Assembly: GCA_013265495.1 (NCBI GenBank)
Contig: MU061538.1
Coordinates: forward strand, 870,001 to 934,000
DNA from: Vicugna vicugna
Taxonomy: Eukaryota
Direction of reading: 5' to 3'
Length of the DNA: 64,000 bases
Shown here piece after piece: positions 51,075 through 63,644 of the stretch. Position 1 is the stretch's first letter. The number at the start of each line of letters is the position of its first letter. A program made the translations under genes and the position numbers. The notes beneath the pieces were generated by a model, which was not told where the DNA came from, made no database searches, and worked only from the letters and a program-made list of their open reading frames with translations.

Positions 51075-54000
51075 ACCCTAGTACCAAACCAGAATAAGAC
51101 ACGACGAGAAATGAACTACAGACGGATCTCTCTTATGAACATGGATGCAGAACCCCACACAAAATACCAGGAAACTGAACCCAACAATGTGTAGAAAGAA
51201 TTACGAATCACAGCAAAGTGGGACTTCTCCCAGGTACGCAGGGCTGGTTTAAGCTCAGAAAGCCCTTAGTGCCATCCACCATGGCAACTGGCTAAAGAAA
51301 GTCGTACGATCCTATCAGCAGATGCGTTAAAAAGCATTTAACAGAACCCAGCACCCATTCGTGATAAAAAGTCTCAGTGAACTAGTACTAGAGGGGAACT
51401 TCCGCAACTTGGTAAGGAACCACCACAAACACCTACAGCTAATATCACACTTAATGGTGAGAAACTAGAAACTTCCCAGTAAGACCAGGAATAAGGCAAG
51501 GATGTCCTCTTGTCACCCCGTCTTTGACATCATACTGCAAGGCCTGGATAATGTAGTAAAACAAGAAAAGGAAATAAAAGGGAAGATAGGGAAGAAAGAA
51601 ATAAAACTGTCTTTGGTCACAGATGGCATAATTGTCCACGTAGAAAGTCCCAAAGAATTAACAAAAAACCTCCCAAAACTACTAAGGGACTATAGCAACA
51701 CAGCAGGATACAAGGTTAATACACAAAAGTCAACTTGCATTCCATGTAGCAGCAATGAACAATTAAAATTTCAAATTAAAAAAAATGTTTCCACTATGGA
51801 AAGAATATTAAGGTTCCTCAAAAAATTAAAAACAGAACTTCTTCCTGATCCAGCAATCCCACTTCTCGTATCTATCCAATGGAAACGGAAACAGGACGCA
51901 GAACAGGTATCTGCACCCTGATACTGCAGCACTACTCACAGTGATCAAGATATGAAACAACCTAAGTGTCCATCAAACAGATGAGTAGATTAAAAAAGGT
52001 GTAGTGTGTGCACACAATGGAGTATTATCCACCCACAAAAAAGAAGGAATTCTGCCATTTTAAAAACATGGATGGACCTTGAGGGCCTTGTGCTAAGTGA
52101 AATACGCCATAAGAGAGAGAGACAAGTACTGTATCATATCACTTATACACAGAGTCTTAAAAAAAAAAAAAGTCAAACATTTACAAACAGAGTAGAAAAG
52201 TATCTGTCAGGGGTCAGGGGGCGTGGAATAGGGAAAAGTTGGTAAACCATAAATACAAAACTGCCTTCATATACACCAGCAACGAACATCTGGAATTTGA
52301 AATTTAAAACACAGGATCCGTGTACTCCAATGTTTATAGCAGCATACTTTACAATAGCCAAGGCATAGAAACAACCTAAATGTCCATCAACAGATGACTG
52401 GATAAAGAAGTTGTGGTATATTTATAAAATGGAATACTACTCAGCCATAAAAATGCTATCTGCAGCAACATGGATGGACCTGGAGAATATCATTCTAAGT
52501 GAAGTTAGCCAGAAAGAAAAAGAAAAATACCATATGATACCACTTACATGAGGAATCTAAAAAAATAAAAGCAAAAAGCCCCACAAATGAACTTATTTGC
52601 AAAGCAGAAAAAGACTCACATACATAGAAAACAAACTTATGGTTACAGAGGAGGGATAAATTGGGAGTTAGGAATTTGCAGATGCTAACTACCATATATA
52701 AAACAGATAAACAACAAGTTAATACTGTACAGCACAGGGAACTACATTCAATATCTTGTAGTGACCTTTAATAAAAAAGAACATGAAAAGGGATATGTGC
52801 ATGTATATGTATGACTGAGACATGATGCTATGCACCAGAAACTGACACGCTGCAAAATGACTATATTTCAATAAAATAATTACTTAATTAAAGGGTAAAA
52901 AATAAAAACAACCCCACAGTATCATTTATATCAGCATGAGAAAAATGATATACTTCGGTCTAAACCTAACTACATATATATATATACACACACACACATA
53001 TACTGAGATAGAGGGAAAGACATTGTCTATCTGAGGTAAACTACCAAAGTCTGATGCATGAAATGAAAGAACTAAAGCGCTGGAGAGACACTCCATGTTG
53101 GACAGGAAGACTCAGTACTGTCAAGATCAGTTCTTCTTAACTTGCTTGACCTACAGATTCAACACAATCTCAGTCAAAACCCCAGTAAGTTACTTTGTGA
53201 GTATCAACAAACTGACTCAAGGCTGGTATGGAAAGGCAAAAGACCCAGAAGAGCCAACACAATGCTAAAGCAACAACAACAACAATTAGGAGGACTGACA
53301 CTACTCGACTTTCAAGACTTAATATAAAGCTACAGAAATCAAAACAGTATAGTATTGGCAAAAACAAAACAAACAACCCCAAGAAACAAACAGACCAATG
53401 GAACAGAGTAGAGAGCCCAGAAACAGGCCCACAAAAATACAGCCAACTGATCTTTGACAAAGGAGCAAAGGTAATTCAATGAAGAAAGGACAGCTTTCCA
53501 TCAAACATGTTGGAACAACTGGATATCTACCTGTGAAAACAGAAAAAAAGAAAATCTAGACCCAGACCTTAAAACCTTTCACAAAAATTAACCCAAAATG
53601 GATCACACACCTAGATGAAAGACACAAAACTATACAACTACTAGAAGCTAACACAGGAGAAGAGCTGGGTGACCTTGTGTTTGGAGATGACTTTTTAGAC
53701 ACAACATAAGAAACATAATGCATGAAAAAAAATTGATAAAACTGGACTTCATTACAATTAAAAGCTTCTGCTCTGCAAAAGACACTGCTAACTGAATGAA
53801 AAGACAAGCTAAAAACCGGGAGAAAGTATATCCAAAAGAAGTATCTGAAAAAAAGACTTGTATGTGTACAAAATACACTAAAAACATATATAGGAACTCT
53901 TGAAGCTCACCAGTAAGAAAACAAAGAACCCAGTTAAAAAACGAGTCAAAGACCTCAACAGACATCCCGGCACAGAAGATACACAGACGGCAAACAAGCA

Positions 54001-54577
54001 CATCTGAAAAGACTCTCCACACTGTGGGGCATCAGGGAACGCAGATCAGACCAGTCAGATACCACTACACACCTATCAGAACGGCCAAGATCGAACACTG
54101 ACAACACCAAACCCTGGCGAGGACGTGACACAGCGGGAGCTGCAGTCACTGAGGGGTGAGGGGGATACAAAATGGTGCAGCCACTCTGGAAGACAGTTTG
54201 GTGGTTAGTTACAAAACTCAACACAACCTCAGCACAGGATCCAGCAATCGTGCTCCCGGCATTAACCCACAGGAAGTGAGAACTCTGCACACACAAACCC
54301 TGCATGTGGATGTTTACAGCAGCCTTACCATAACTGCTAAAACCTGGAGGCAACCAAGACGTCCTTCAGCAGGTGAATGGATAAACTGGTGCATCCAGAC
54401 AATGGAATACTACTCAGCCATTTGGGGAGTGGGGATGGTATCAGTCAACAGAGAGCAACTTTAAAAGTTTATTCCTAAGAGAAAGAAGCCAGTCTGAAAA
54501 GGTCAAAACCCACAGAATGTACACCACGTGGTGTGAACCCTAATAAAAATTAAGGACTTAATAATTATACATCAACA
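51075..54577 (+). mobile_element. Old L1 with decayed ORF2 (RT and C-terminal region), interrupted by younger L1 3' pieces
   Basis: ORF 51502..51921 FDIILQGLDNVVKQEKEIKGKIGKKEIKLSLVTDGIIVHVESPK aligns to the L1 RT, with FADD decayed to VTDG; ORF 53228..53482 has DQWNRVESPE...QLIFDKG; many frameshifts. Confidence 0.92.
52312..52905 (+). mobile_element. Younger L1 3' end nested in the old L1
   Basis: Low-divergence L1 3' sequence (CAACCTAAATGTCCATCAACAGATGACTGGATAAAGAAG...TTCAATAAAA); old ORF2 sequence resumes afterwards. Confidence 0.85.
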
Positions 54578-55645
54578 CACATAGCCCACTGGCACATGAA
54601 AAGATGCTCAATATTCCTAATTGTTAGCGACATGCAAATCAAAACTACAGTCGAGTAACACTCACACCAGTCAGAACGGTCATCATTAAAAAGTCCACAA
54701 ACAATAAATGCTGGAGGGTGTGGAGAAAAGGGAACCCTGCTACACTGTTGGTAGAAATGTAATTTGGTGCAACCACTATGAAAAACAGTACGGTAAGTCC
54801 TTAAAAAACTAAAAATAGAGAGGGGAGGGTATAGCTCAAGTGGTGGAGCACATGCTTAGCATTCATGAGGCTCTGGGTTCAATCGTCAGCACCTCCCCTA
54901 AAAGTAAGTAAACCTGATTACCTCCCCCTCAAAAAACAACAACCAACACACACACACACATACACACAAAACCCTAAAAATAGAGTTACCATATGATCCA
55001 GCAATCCCACTCCTGGACATATACCTGGAGGAAACTAATTCAAAAGGACACATGCACCCCAATGTTCACAGCAGCACTATTTACAATAGCCAAGACCTGG
55101 AAGCAACCAAATGTCCATCAACAGATGACTGGGTAAAGAAGTTGCAGTGTGTATGCGCACGCACACGCGCACACACAATGGAATACTACTCAGCCACAAA
55201 AAAGAATGAAATGCTATTTGTAGCAACATGGATGGACCACGAGATTATCATACTAAGTGAATTAAATCAGACAAAGAAAGACAAACATCATATGTCATCA
55301 CTTATATGTGGACTCTAAAAAAAATGATACAAATGAACTTATTTACAAAACAGAAATAGACTCAGATATAGAAAGCAAACTTATGGTTACCAAAGGGGAA
55401 AGTGGGTGGGGAGGGATAAATTAGGTTTGGGACTAGCAAATACAAACCACTATATATAAACAGATAAATAACAAGGTCCTACTGTGGAGCAGAGGGAAAT
55501 ATATTCAATAGCTTATAATAATCTATAATGAAAAAGAACATATATGCATAACTGAATCACTATGCTGTACACCAAAAACTAATACAACATTGTAAATCAA
55601 CTATACTTCAATAAAATAAAGAAATAAAACTTTTTTTAATTTAAA
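54578..55645 (+). mobile_element. Younger L1 3' end (about 0.9 kb plus a nested SINE) inserted into an old L1MC-like 3' region
   Basis: CACATGAAAAGATGCTCAA...CTATACTTCAATAAAATAAA; flanks TTATACATCAACA and TTATGTATCAACA form an imperfect TSD. Confidence 0.88.
54821..54973 (+). mobile_element. tRNA-Ala-derived SINE (Vic-1-like) with perfect 12-bp TSD
   Basis: GGGGAGGGTATAGCTCAAGTGGTGGAGCACATGCTTAGCATTCATGAGG...; CTAAAAATAGAG at 54809-54820 and 54974-54985. Confidence 0.92.
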
Positions 55646-56285
55646 ACCTTATGTATCAACATTGGTCAATCAATTGTAACAAACATATCACATTATGGCA
55701 AGAGGTAAATAACAGAGAAAACAACATGGGGTGGAGATGGAGTGTGTGAGAACTCTGTACTTTCCCAATTTCTATAAACCTAAAACTTCTCTAAAAATGT
55801 CTGTTAATAAAAAGTTAAAAAACACGCAAGCTATCAAGCGACAAAGAGGCATGGAGAAAACTTAAATGCGTATTGCTAAGTGAAAGAAGCCAATCTGAAG
55901 AGGCTACACACAGTATGGTTTCAACTACAGGCCGTTCTAGAAAAAGCAAAACTATGGAGACAGTAAAAAGATCAGTGGTGGCAGAGGGGAAGAGGGGTAG
56001 GGGCAAGGATGGAGAGGTAAAGAACAGCGAATTTTTAGGGCAACAAACAATTACATGTGATACTGTACTGGTGGCTAATGTCATTACACAACTCTTCAAA
56101 ACCCACATAAAGTACAACATATAGAATGAACTTTCCTGTACTGATGCTGGTTCATCAATCGTAACAAATGAAGCACACTAAGGCAACATGGTGGTAACGG
56201 GAAGTGTGAGGTGGAGGGGGAGACATGAGGAAACTCGATTTTCTGTAAACCTAAAAATTCTCCATAAAATAAAGTACATCAATTT
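55646..56285 (+). mobile_element. Old L1MC-like 3' ends (two consecutive tails)
   Basis: CAATTGTAACAAA...TTCTATAAACCTAAAACTTCTCTAAAAA recurs as CAATCGTAACAAA...TTCTGTAAACCTAAAAATTCTCCATAAAATAAA. Confidence 0.7.
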
Positions 56286-57410
56286 TTTAAAGCAATGGAC
56301 AAACGTTAAGGAAATATTAATTCCACTGCCATGCTTACCTCAACTATCCATGGAAAGGTAGAAAGGAAATTTTAATTTCCTTCCTCCTGTCTTTAAACTT
56401 TGCTATTTCCACATCCATTTCTTTTCTTTAAATCCTGAAACATTTCCCTCTTCTGCTCACACCTGATCCCTCCACTCTTGCCTCCCCCAGGACTGACAGC
56501 ACTGCCGCCCCCTCTCCTAGCTCCTTTGCCGGTCAATACACCTGCTCAAGTTTCTCCCGCCCCAAACAAAGAAACCAAAACCTTGCTTTGCACCCTGGGT
56601 GCAGCCTTCTTCCGCTTTTCAAAAAGAGTCCACCCGCTTTGGGACTTCCTGTCATCTCTCAATGAGCTGCAGTCTGATTCCCACCCCCACCCCCACCCCT
56701 CTCCCCTGGAATATGCTCCCTCCAAGGTTCCCCAGGTCTTCCTGTGTCCCCTGGCACTGCGGTCACTCCTCTTCCCCTGACGTGTGATTCTTTGCTAAGC
56801 ACTCCCTTCACTTATTAAATGTCGTCCCACAAGACTCCCCTCCGCGCCTTCTCCCTAGATGACTTCACCTATCTGCTTTTAATGCCCAAATCTGCGCACC
56901 CAGCCCAGATTTCTCCTCCGTTTCACACGTGTGCCTGTTAGCCCCACTCTGTCCACAGGAACTGAGACATTTCATCCAACAGCCACCCACCTCTTGGAAA
57001 GTGGACCTCCCGCGCCTCACACCTAGACTGCTCGACTTGTACCGGACTCCAACGCCTTCTCTAGACTCTGCTTGTGAGGGGAAAGCCTGACTTAGGCCCA
57101 TCAGATTCCCCCTCCTGAGAAGCAGAACTGAGATTCACTTGTTTCAACTGGACCAGAACTAGGAAACCACATCCCGCCAAGATCCTGTGCAATGGAAAGG
57201 GAGGAAGCCGCTCTGCAGAGCGCCGAGAAGCAAGGACACCGCGTAGCCCAGGCGAAGGACTGAGAGCGGCCACGTGCCAAGGTGCTGATGGCTTGGTATC
57301 TGGGTATGGTTCTGCCACGACATTCCGTGAGGTACCTACTAAGCCAGCTTCAGTGGCTTTCCATACTGGTAATCAAATGATCCCTGAGATAATCTTCTAT
57401 GCAGTACAAA

Positions 57411-57460
57411 GAAAAGAAAAGAAAAGAAAAGAAAAGAAAAGAAAAGAAAAGAAAAGAAAA
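57411..57460. repeat. (GAAAA)10 microsatellite
   Basis: Perfect pentanucleotide repeat seen directly. Confidence 0.97.
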
Positions 57461-60199
57461 GAGCCAATAAACTATGTCATGCCATCAAGATGTGTCCTGA
57501 CTTCAGAAATATTACGAAGTGGAAACCTATGTGACTTAGAATCAGTGGAACCGAGTACAGACCTACCCCTTACACCCCTCTGCCCACCTGGAATACTTTC
57601 GTCTCCCACTGGCCTAACTCCCCCCACCCCTCAGGACTGGGCCCCAGCCAACTCTTCCCTTTCCCGAGTCAGCCCAAGGGAAAGCCAGATGTGGTAATTA
57701 CTCTCTATTGTTATTGAACTTTTAATTAAGTTTTTTCTTCACAACTAGATTATAATGAAGGCATGGACTTCTCCTCACAACGTTTCAGACCCTACACAGA
57801 ACCTTCACAAAGAAACACTGAAAATATTCATTTAATCTGAGGAGAAAAAAGATGTATTTACTCAAAAGGTGGCAACTACTTACTTTCCACTAAGCTTAAA
57901 AAAGGGAAGACTTCAAATAATTTAAGACATGGGGGAAAGAGCATTTTAAGGTTTTGCTTTTTAAATGAGACAAAGGACTCATGCTGCAACCAAAGAGCAC
58001 TAAGGAAAATAAGCACATGTGGGTGTTTAAGGTCACTAGATGCTAAGAAACAAAATTAAAAACACAGGGAAACTACACAACCACCAGAACTGCCAAAAGC
58101 AGAAGGACTGACAACGCTAAGTGCTGGCAAGAAAGTGGGGCCACCGGAACCTCAGACACTGCAGACTTGCCACCTGGGGAGACACTGCGCCAGAGCTATA
58201 CCCACGGGTCCTGTGACCCAGCACACAAGAGCACGTGTTCCCCAAGAGACACAAACAAGTACGGACCAACCGCGGTATGTTCAGATAAGGCAACAAAATG
58301 AGATGATGAATTCCACTTGTGAGACAGAAGAAACCACATCCAAAAAAAGGGGGACCCCCAAGCACACTGAAAGTTCAACAGGCAAAACTAATCTATGGCA
58401 ACAAAGGATGGAACAGTAATTATCTTCGGAGAGGAAGAATTCAGGACGGAGGGAGCAGGAGGAAGCCTACAGGACGCTGGGAACGCTGCCTGGTGGCAGT
58501 GGTGGTCTCGGGGGTGGGTTCATATGTAAAAATCCTTCCAGCCAAACTTACAGGTAATCCCCCAGCATAGATTCCTGTACACCCAACCTCCTGCCAGTGT
58601 GAGGGAGCTACAGCGGGCTCCTTCCTCTCCTCTCTCAGGAGAACTGCTCTCAGCTGAGAGGCCAGCAGGGTTCCAGTCCCACCCTCACCCGGGCAGCCTG
58701 CAGACAAAGACTAAATGGTAAGGAGATACAAAAATGCCAGCCCCCTTACCTCAAGGGGGCTGAAGCTGCATTTCAACCCAGAAGGCCCAGGTCCCCTGCC
58801 CTCTCCTCTTCCCGCCTCAACTTCACCTGCACAAGGATTTCCGCCTCAGGCTCCTCCAGGAGACACATACACTTAACGCTTGTACCTCAATGAAAAGGAG
58901 TGGGTGTCGGGGAGGAAAACTGTTTTGCACAGCTGAAAAGATGTGAAATCTCCCTTCAAGGTTCTGATCAATAGGGAACTATTTTCCTCGAAGAAGAGAT
59001 GTGTTACTCGGTGAGAAAACAAGCCCAACACCCAGCAGGACATGCCGGTGCACTGCTCTGTGACAAATCACAAGGTCCTACATCAACAAAGTGATGTGGA
59101 CTCTAAGGTGGTGACCCGCCTGCCACTGGCTTGCTCTGTGTGTGTGCGATCACTCAAGGGCTCCTATCTTACCTGTAAACTAGATCTGAGCCTGAGGTTC
59201 TCCTTGGCCTCTTCCAAGAGCACAAATCCTTTGTTCTCATTTGGAATTTTCATGAGTACCCAAGCCACTGAATGTTAGCCACGCCAACTCTGCCGTACCA
59301 ATACAGCACCTAGTCTGGTTCCTGGTTCTGCACACAGCCACCTCCGGCCAGTTGCCATCATTCAAAGCCCAAAGCTAGAAAATTATCAGCACTCCTCTCC
59401 CAACTCCCTACCAGGTTCCCCTCCTCCACCCTCAGAAACCACCAAACACAAAAAAAGAAGAAGAAACCCTCATGTGCACACCTCGACTGCATAACTTTTA
59501 AAGGAATAGCCTTAACGTGGTTTTGAGCATCCACCTTAGGGTCATGGGCCAACCGAACCTCAGGGTCACGTACCAGTTAGTAAGCGTAGCATACAGAACA
59601 TGCTAGCACAGAACACATGAAGCATTTAAACGGCCTTTTAGAAAATTATTTGGTAAACAATCAGCTAGTTATATTCATTTAAACTGTTCAAACACCCTCA
59701 GCACGGGGTACCACACCTTTATTTTTAATCTGACAGAACTAAAACAGGTCGGAAAGGGATCCAGCGGAGAACTGGCGGAAAGCAAGCAAATGAAGCAACA
59801 CTGGCATTGAACTACGGGCAACTCCACTGAATCAACAGACGGATGCCAGACGGGGCAGCAGAGCAGCTAGTCTGCCCACCCTTACTCGAAACCATTACCT
59901 AAGAATACCTGTAAGACCAACGGTAAACAAAAAAGTCCTGGAGTTTCTGCAGAAGTGTCTTCTGAAGGCGGGTACAGAATAACTTTCACAGCCTTGGATT
60001 CAAACATGTGGCCGATGGTGAGGAGTTCTGCCTCAATTCCACAAACTGTTGTCGTTCAAACACACACTCTGCTCACTTTCCACTTCAGAAAACAGCCCTA
60101 GGCAATCAGTACCCGAGGTCAAGTGCGGTAAGTACCTGGGCTCATTTCTGAAAGAAGCACTGTCTCCTGCCCCGCGTTTTCCACCAAAATTGAAAAGTC

Positions 60200-61200
60200 T
60201 GCCGCCCTCAGCATCCTTGCAGCTTCTGGGCCACTCGGGCCCGCAAAGCCCTTCTCCCCATCAGCCATCCTCCCGGACCTGCTTTCGGCCACTGGGACAG
60301 GTGACCCGGCAGCCGGCCTCCCGCGCCGGGGAAGGAGCCCGCGGGCCCCGCCCAGCCCTGGGGCCGGGCCCCGCCGCCCGCCCCCGNNNNNNNNNNNNNN
60401 NNNNNNNNNNNNNNNNNNNNNNNNNNNNNNNNNNNNNNNNNNNNNNNNNNNNNNNNNNNNNNNNNNNNNNNNNNNNNNNNNNNNNNNNNNNNNNNNNNNN
60501 NNNNNNNNNNNNNNNNNNNNNNNNNNNNNNNNNNNNNNNNNNNNNNNNNNNNNNNNNNNNNNNNNNNNNNNNNNNNNNNNNNNNNNNNNNNNNNNNNNNN
60601 NNNNNNNNNNNNNNNNNNNNNNNNNNNNNNNNNNNNNNNNNNNNNNNNNNNNNNNNNNNNNNNNNNNNNNNNNNNNNNNNNNNNNNNNNNNNNNNNNNNN
60701 NNNNNNNNNNNNNNNNNNNNNNNNNNNNNNNNNNNNNNNNNNNNNNNNNNNNNNNNNNNNNNNNNNNNNNNNNNNNNNNNNNNNNNNNNNNNNNNNNNNN
60801 NNNNNNNNNNNNNNNNNNNNNNNNNNNNNNNNNNNNNNNNNNNNNNNNNNNNNNNNNNNNNNNNNNNNNNNNNNNNNNNNNNNNNNNNNNNNNNNNNNNN
60901 NNNNNNNNNNNNNNNNNNGGACGGGGGGCGGGGCCGTGGGGCGCGGGGGCGGGGCCGCGCGGAGCCGGGGTGGCCTAGGTGCGGCGCAGGTGCCGCGGGG
61001 GCGTGTCGGGGTCGGGCACGAGTAGTCGGGGCGCCTCGGCGCGGGGCAGCCTTCTCCCGGGGGCGCGCGCCCCTAGGGATGCTGGCGAGCTCCGCGCCGG
61101 CTGCGCTCCGAGGACGGGTGCAGGGGTTGGTGGACGCCAGGACCCCGAAGCCCGACTCGGATTTTGTTTGTGCGCATTTCCCAGAAGCGGGATCGGAGCT
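60200..61200. promoter_or_regulatory. CpG-island promoter of UBE3C with Sp/KLF GC boxes
   Basis: Very GC- and CpG-dense sequence on both sides of the gap; GGGGCGGGGC at 60925-60934 and 60946-60955; lies 5' of exon 2 on the minus strand. Confidence 0.88.
60387..60918. other. Assembly gap (532 N), probably containing UBE3C exon 1 and the start codon
   Basis: N run seen directly; the expected N-terminal peptide (recalled as MFSFEGDFKTRPKVSLGGASRK) is not encoded in the visible sequence. Confidence 0.9.
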
Positions 61201-61324
61201 CTCGATAAAAAAACCACCCTTGATTGATCTGAGAGGAAAAAGATCGCTTTTATTACTTGACTCCCTTAGGGCGTGCGTACACTTAACGTTGAGACCCAGC
61301 TCATGCGCTAACTCTGGGCACAAG

Positions 61325-61712
61325 TACGCATGTGCATCATACACACACACGGATAAACATACAGCACGTACATACACATGCATAGAAGTGCATATCATGT
61401 ACACATACACATACATAAATGTGTCACATGCACATAAACATGCACAAATCCATCTCAGACATACATATAAAGATAACATATACACAGAGAACTGTGTATC
61501 AGATGCACATACACATACCACATACATTTGCATAAAAGTCTGTATCATGTATATGTATGTATACATACATAAATGTCACATGCACATAAATATATACACA
61601 AATACATATCAGACACATACGTAAAGGTATATACATATATATACACACAGAGAACTATATCATATACATATATACATAAATATATATCATATACATACAT
61701 TTCATATACATA
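61325..61712. repeat. CA/TA-rich low-complexity alternating purine-pyrimidine tract
   Basis: Degenerate (CATA)n/(CA)n/(TA)n, with a repeated block ACATAAATGTCACATGCACATAAA...CAGACA...ACACAGAGAACT. Confidence 0.85.
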
Positions 61713-61861
61713 TGACTGAAACCAAAATCTTAAAAACTTTTATCATTACTGTGTGGGATGCACTATTTTTTACTCTGTTGTCTTTTTTTTTTATACTAGT
61801 TGCAAATCGCTAGTTTTTGAAACCCATTAATGGGTTTCAATCTCATTCTAAACAGTTCTGC

Positions 61862-61865
<4 letters not shown>

Positions 61866-61899
<34 letters not shown>
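61866..61899. repeat. (CA)17 microsatellite
   Basis: Seen directly. Confidence 0.97.
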
Positions 61900-61901
<2 letters not shown>

Positions 61902-62437
61902 GTGTATGCATGTGAATTAGATCGTAGCAGTCAGGATCAAAAAACTTTGAAAGCCACTGCCTAGTGCAGTTTCCCAGTTAATATATAAGCTACTCTATAT
62001 CAAGAAAACCTTGACTCATCAAAAATGTACAAATTTTATCAATGTGGAAATTTTACAGATTTTATAAATAAATCGTCACAGTTTTTTTTAACCTATCAGA
62101 TGAGTGAAGATTTAAAATATTGGTAATGTCCAGTAAGTAAATATTTGTAAAATGTTAATAAAGTATTTTATTTTATATAGATTATATTAGTAAAATATTG
62201 GGTTTTTTTAAAGTAAGTAAAATATTGGTAATATTCCTCAGTAAATAAGTCCACACTGAGGTCTTAGGTTTTGCCCCAAGATCAGTGCCACGAGTGAGGA
62301 GAAGGAAACCCATTTAACTGGACCACCAAGCCTAGTTCTCCAGTATCAGCTTTCTTGGTAATTAAGATATGTTGCCTGCATCTACCAGGTAGTTTCCAAA
62401 ATTTCTACATTGGCTAAGGACATGTCTGTCAATATTT

Positions 62438-62578
62438 TTTAGTTTCCTATCATTGCTATAACAAATTAGCACAAACATAGTGGCTTCAACAACGCAAACG
62501 TATTATCTCACCGTTCTGGAGGTCAGAACCTCACTGGGCTAGCATCAAGGTGTCTGCAGGACTCTATTCCTCCTGAGG
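62438..62578. mobile_element. MLT1-like LTR fragment
   Basis: TTAGTTTCCTATCATTGCTATAACAAATTAGCACAAACATAGTGGCTTCAACAAC...TTCTGGAGGTCAGAA. Confidence 0.72.
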
Positions 62579-63288
62579 AGTGGGCCTAACCTTTATCTCA
62601 CCATTGCCCTGGTGTTGGGCACTTAAGTTGACACCATTTTGTCATTGCTACAAATTTTGCTGCAAGAACTTCCTCGCCCACAAGAGCGAGTTCTTCCTGC
62701 AGGAAGGACTCCCCAAAGCAGGGAGCCGTGTTGCAGGCAGCAGGCTCACCCTGGCAGGGTCCCCAGAGCATACACCCCTCTGCTTTGGGGCCATCCTGGT
62801 GAGCCCTGGGAGTGCTGGCTCCAGTGCCTCTAGAGTGAGTCCAGAGAGAACGTTCAATAAATTAACACCAAGGTCACTGGACACCCCAGGCTGGAAATTT
62901 ACTCCTTCCATTTACTATCCCAAATTATGCCCAGCCACATTGACCAGTGCATTCACCAGAGCTCATGCAATGAGCTTAAATGATCACATTTAGATTCTCC
63001 AACAATAAAATGCCAAGAAAATTCCAATGAGTAAAACTGTAAAGGAATACACAGAAAATTTTGTTGCCAACATAGCGATGGTTGTTACTGATCAGAGAAG
63101 ACCTTGGAGCGAGATTGGAGGTTACTGGCAACGTTGTTTCTCAACGTTCAACAATGTTTCCCCACACATGGTCTTCCCAGGGGAGTCTGCTTTGGTACTG
63201 TGCTTTAAAATGTTGATATATGTTTAATACAGTTTCTGTGTGTGGAACGATTTTGATGATAACTTTCTCTTAGAAAAAGCAACTTCAT

Positions 63289-63644
63289 TGTCTCAGTTCA
63301 GGCTGCTGTGACTGGCTGCCACAGGCTGGGAGGCTTATTTACAACAGAAATTCATTCCCCACAGTTTCGGAAGCTGAAGGCCCCAGATCAAGGCTGGAAG
63401 ATTTGAGGTCAGGTGAGAACCCGCCTCCTGGTTCATAGCTGGTGACTTCCCTGTGTCCTCACGTGGGGGAAGGGACGAAGGAGCTCTCTGGAAGGGAGCC
63501 TCCTTTTATTAAGGGCCCTAATCCCACTCGTGAAGGCTCCACCTTGTGATCTAATCACCTCCCAAGGGGCCCACCTCCTAAAACCATCACATTTCGGCTT
63601 AGGATTCAACATATGAATAGGGGTGGGGCACGCATTCCATAACA
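63289..63644. mobile_element. MLT1A-like solo LTR (MaLR)
   Basis: TG...CA termini, TAATCACCTCCCAAGGGGCCCACCTCCTAAAACCATCACATT motif, near-TSD TTCAT/GTCAT. Confidence 0.85.

Larger units (their letters stand above)
1..60918 (-). other. UBE3C: UBE3C gene, partial: promoter, presumed exon 1 in the assembly gap, exons 2-16; continues beyond the left edge
   Basis: 15 exons with AG acceptors and GT (one GC) donors splice in frame to 679 codons matching recalled UBE3C from EEKASLLHR to LPFVVPFEERVK; CpG island at the 5' end. Confidence 0.97.

Noticed and set aside
51502..51921. Reverse-transcriptase-like ORF
   Set aside because: Dead L1 ORF2 fragment with the catalytic FADD motif lost and nested insertions; not an active or novel RT system
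60121..60136. Plus-strand donor-like GCG|GTAAGT near the CpG island, suggesting an antisense transcript
   Set aside because: Single motif with no supporting exon structure
60049..61566. 309-aa and 452-aa ORFs
   Set aside because: Artefacts of translating through the N gap, the CpG island and the CA/TA low-complexity tract
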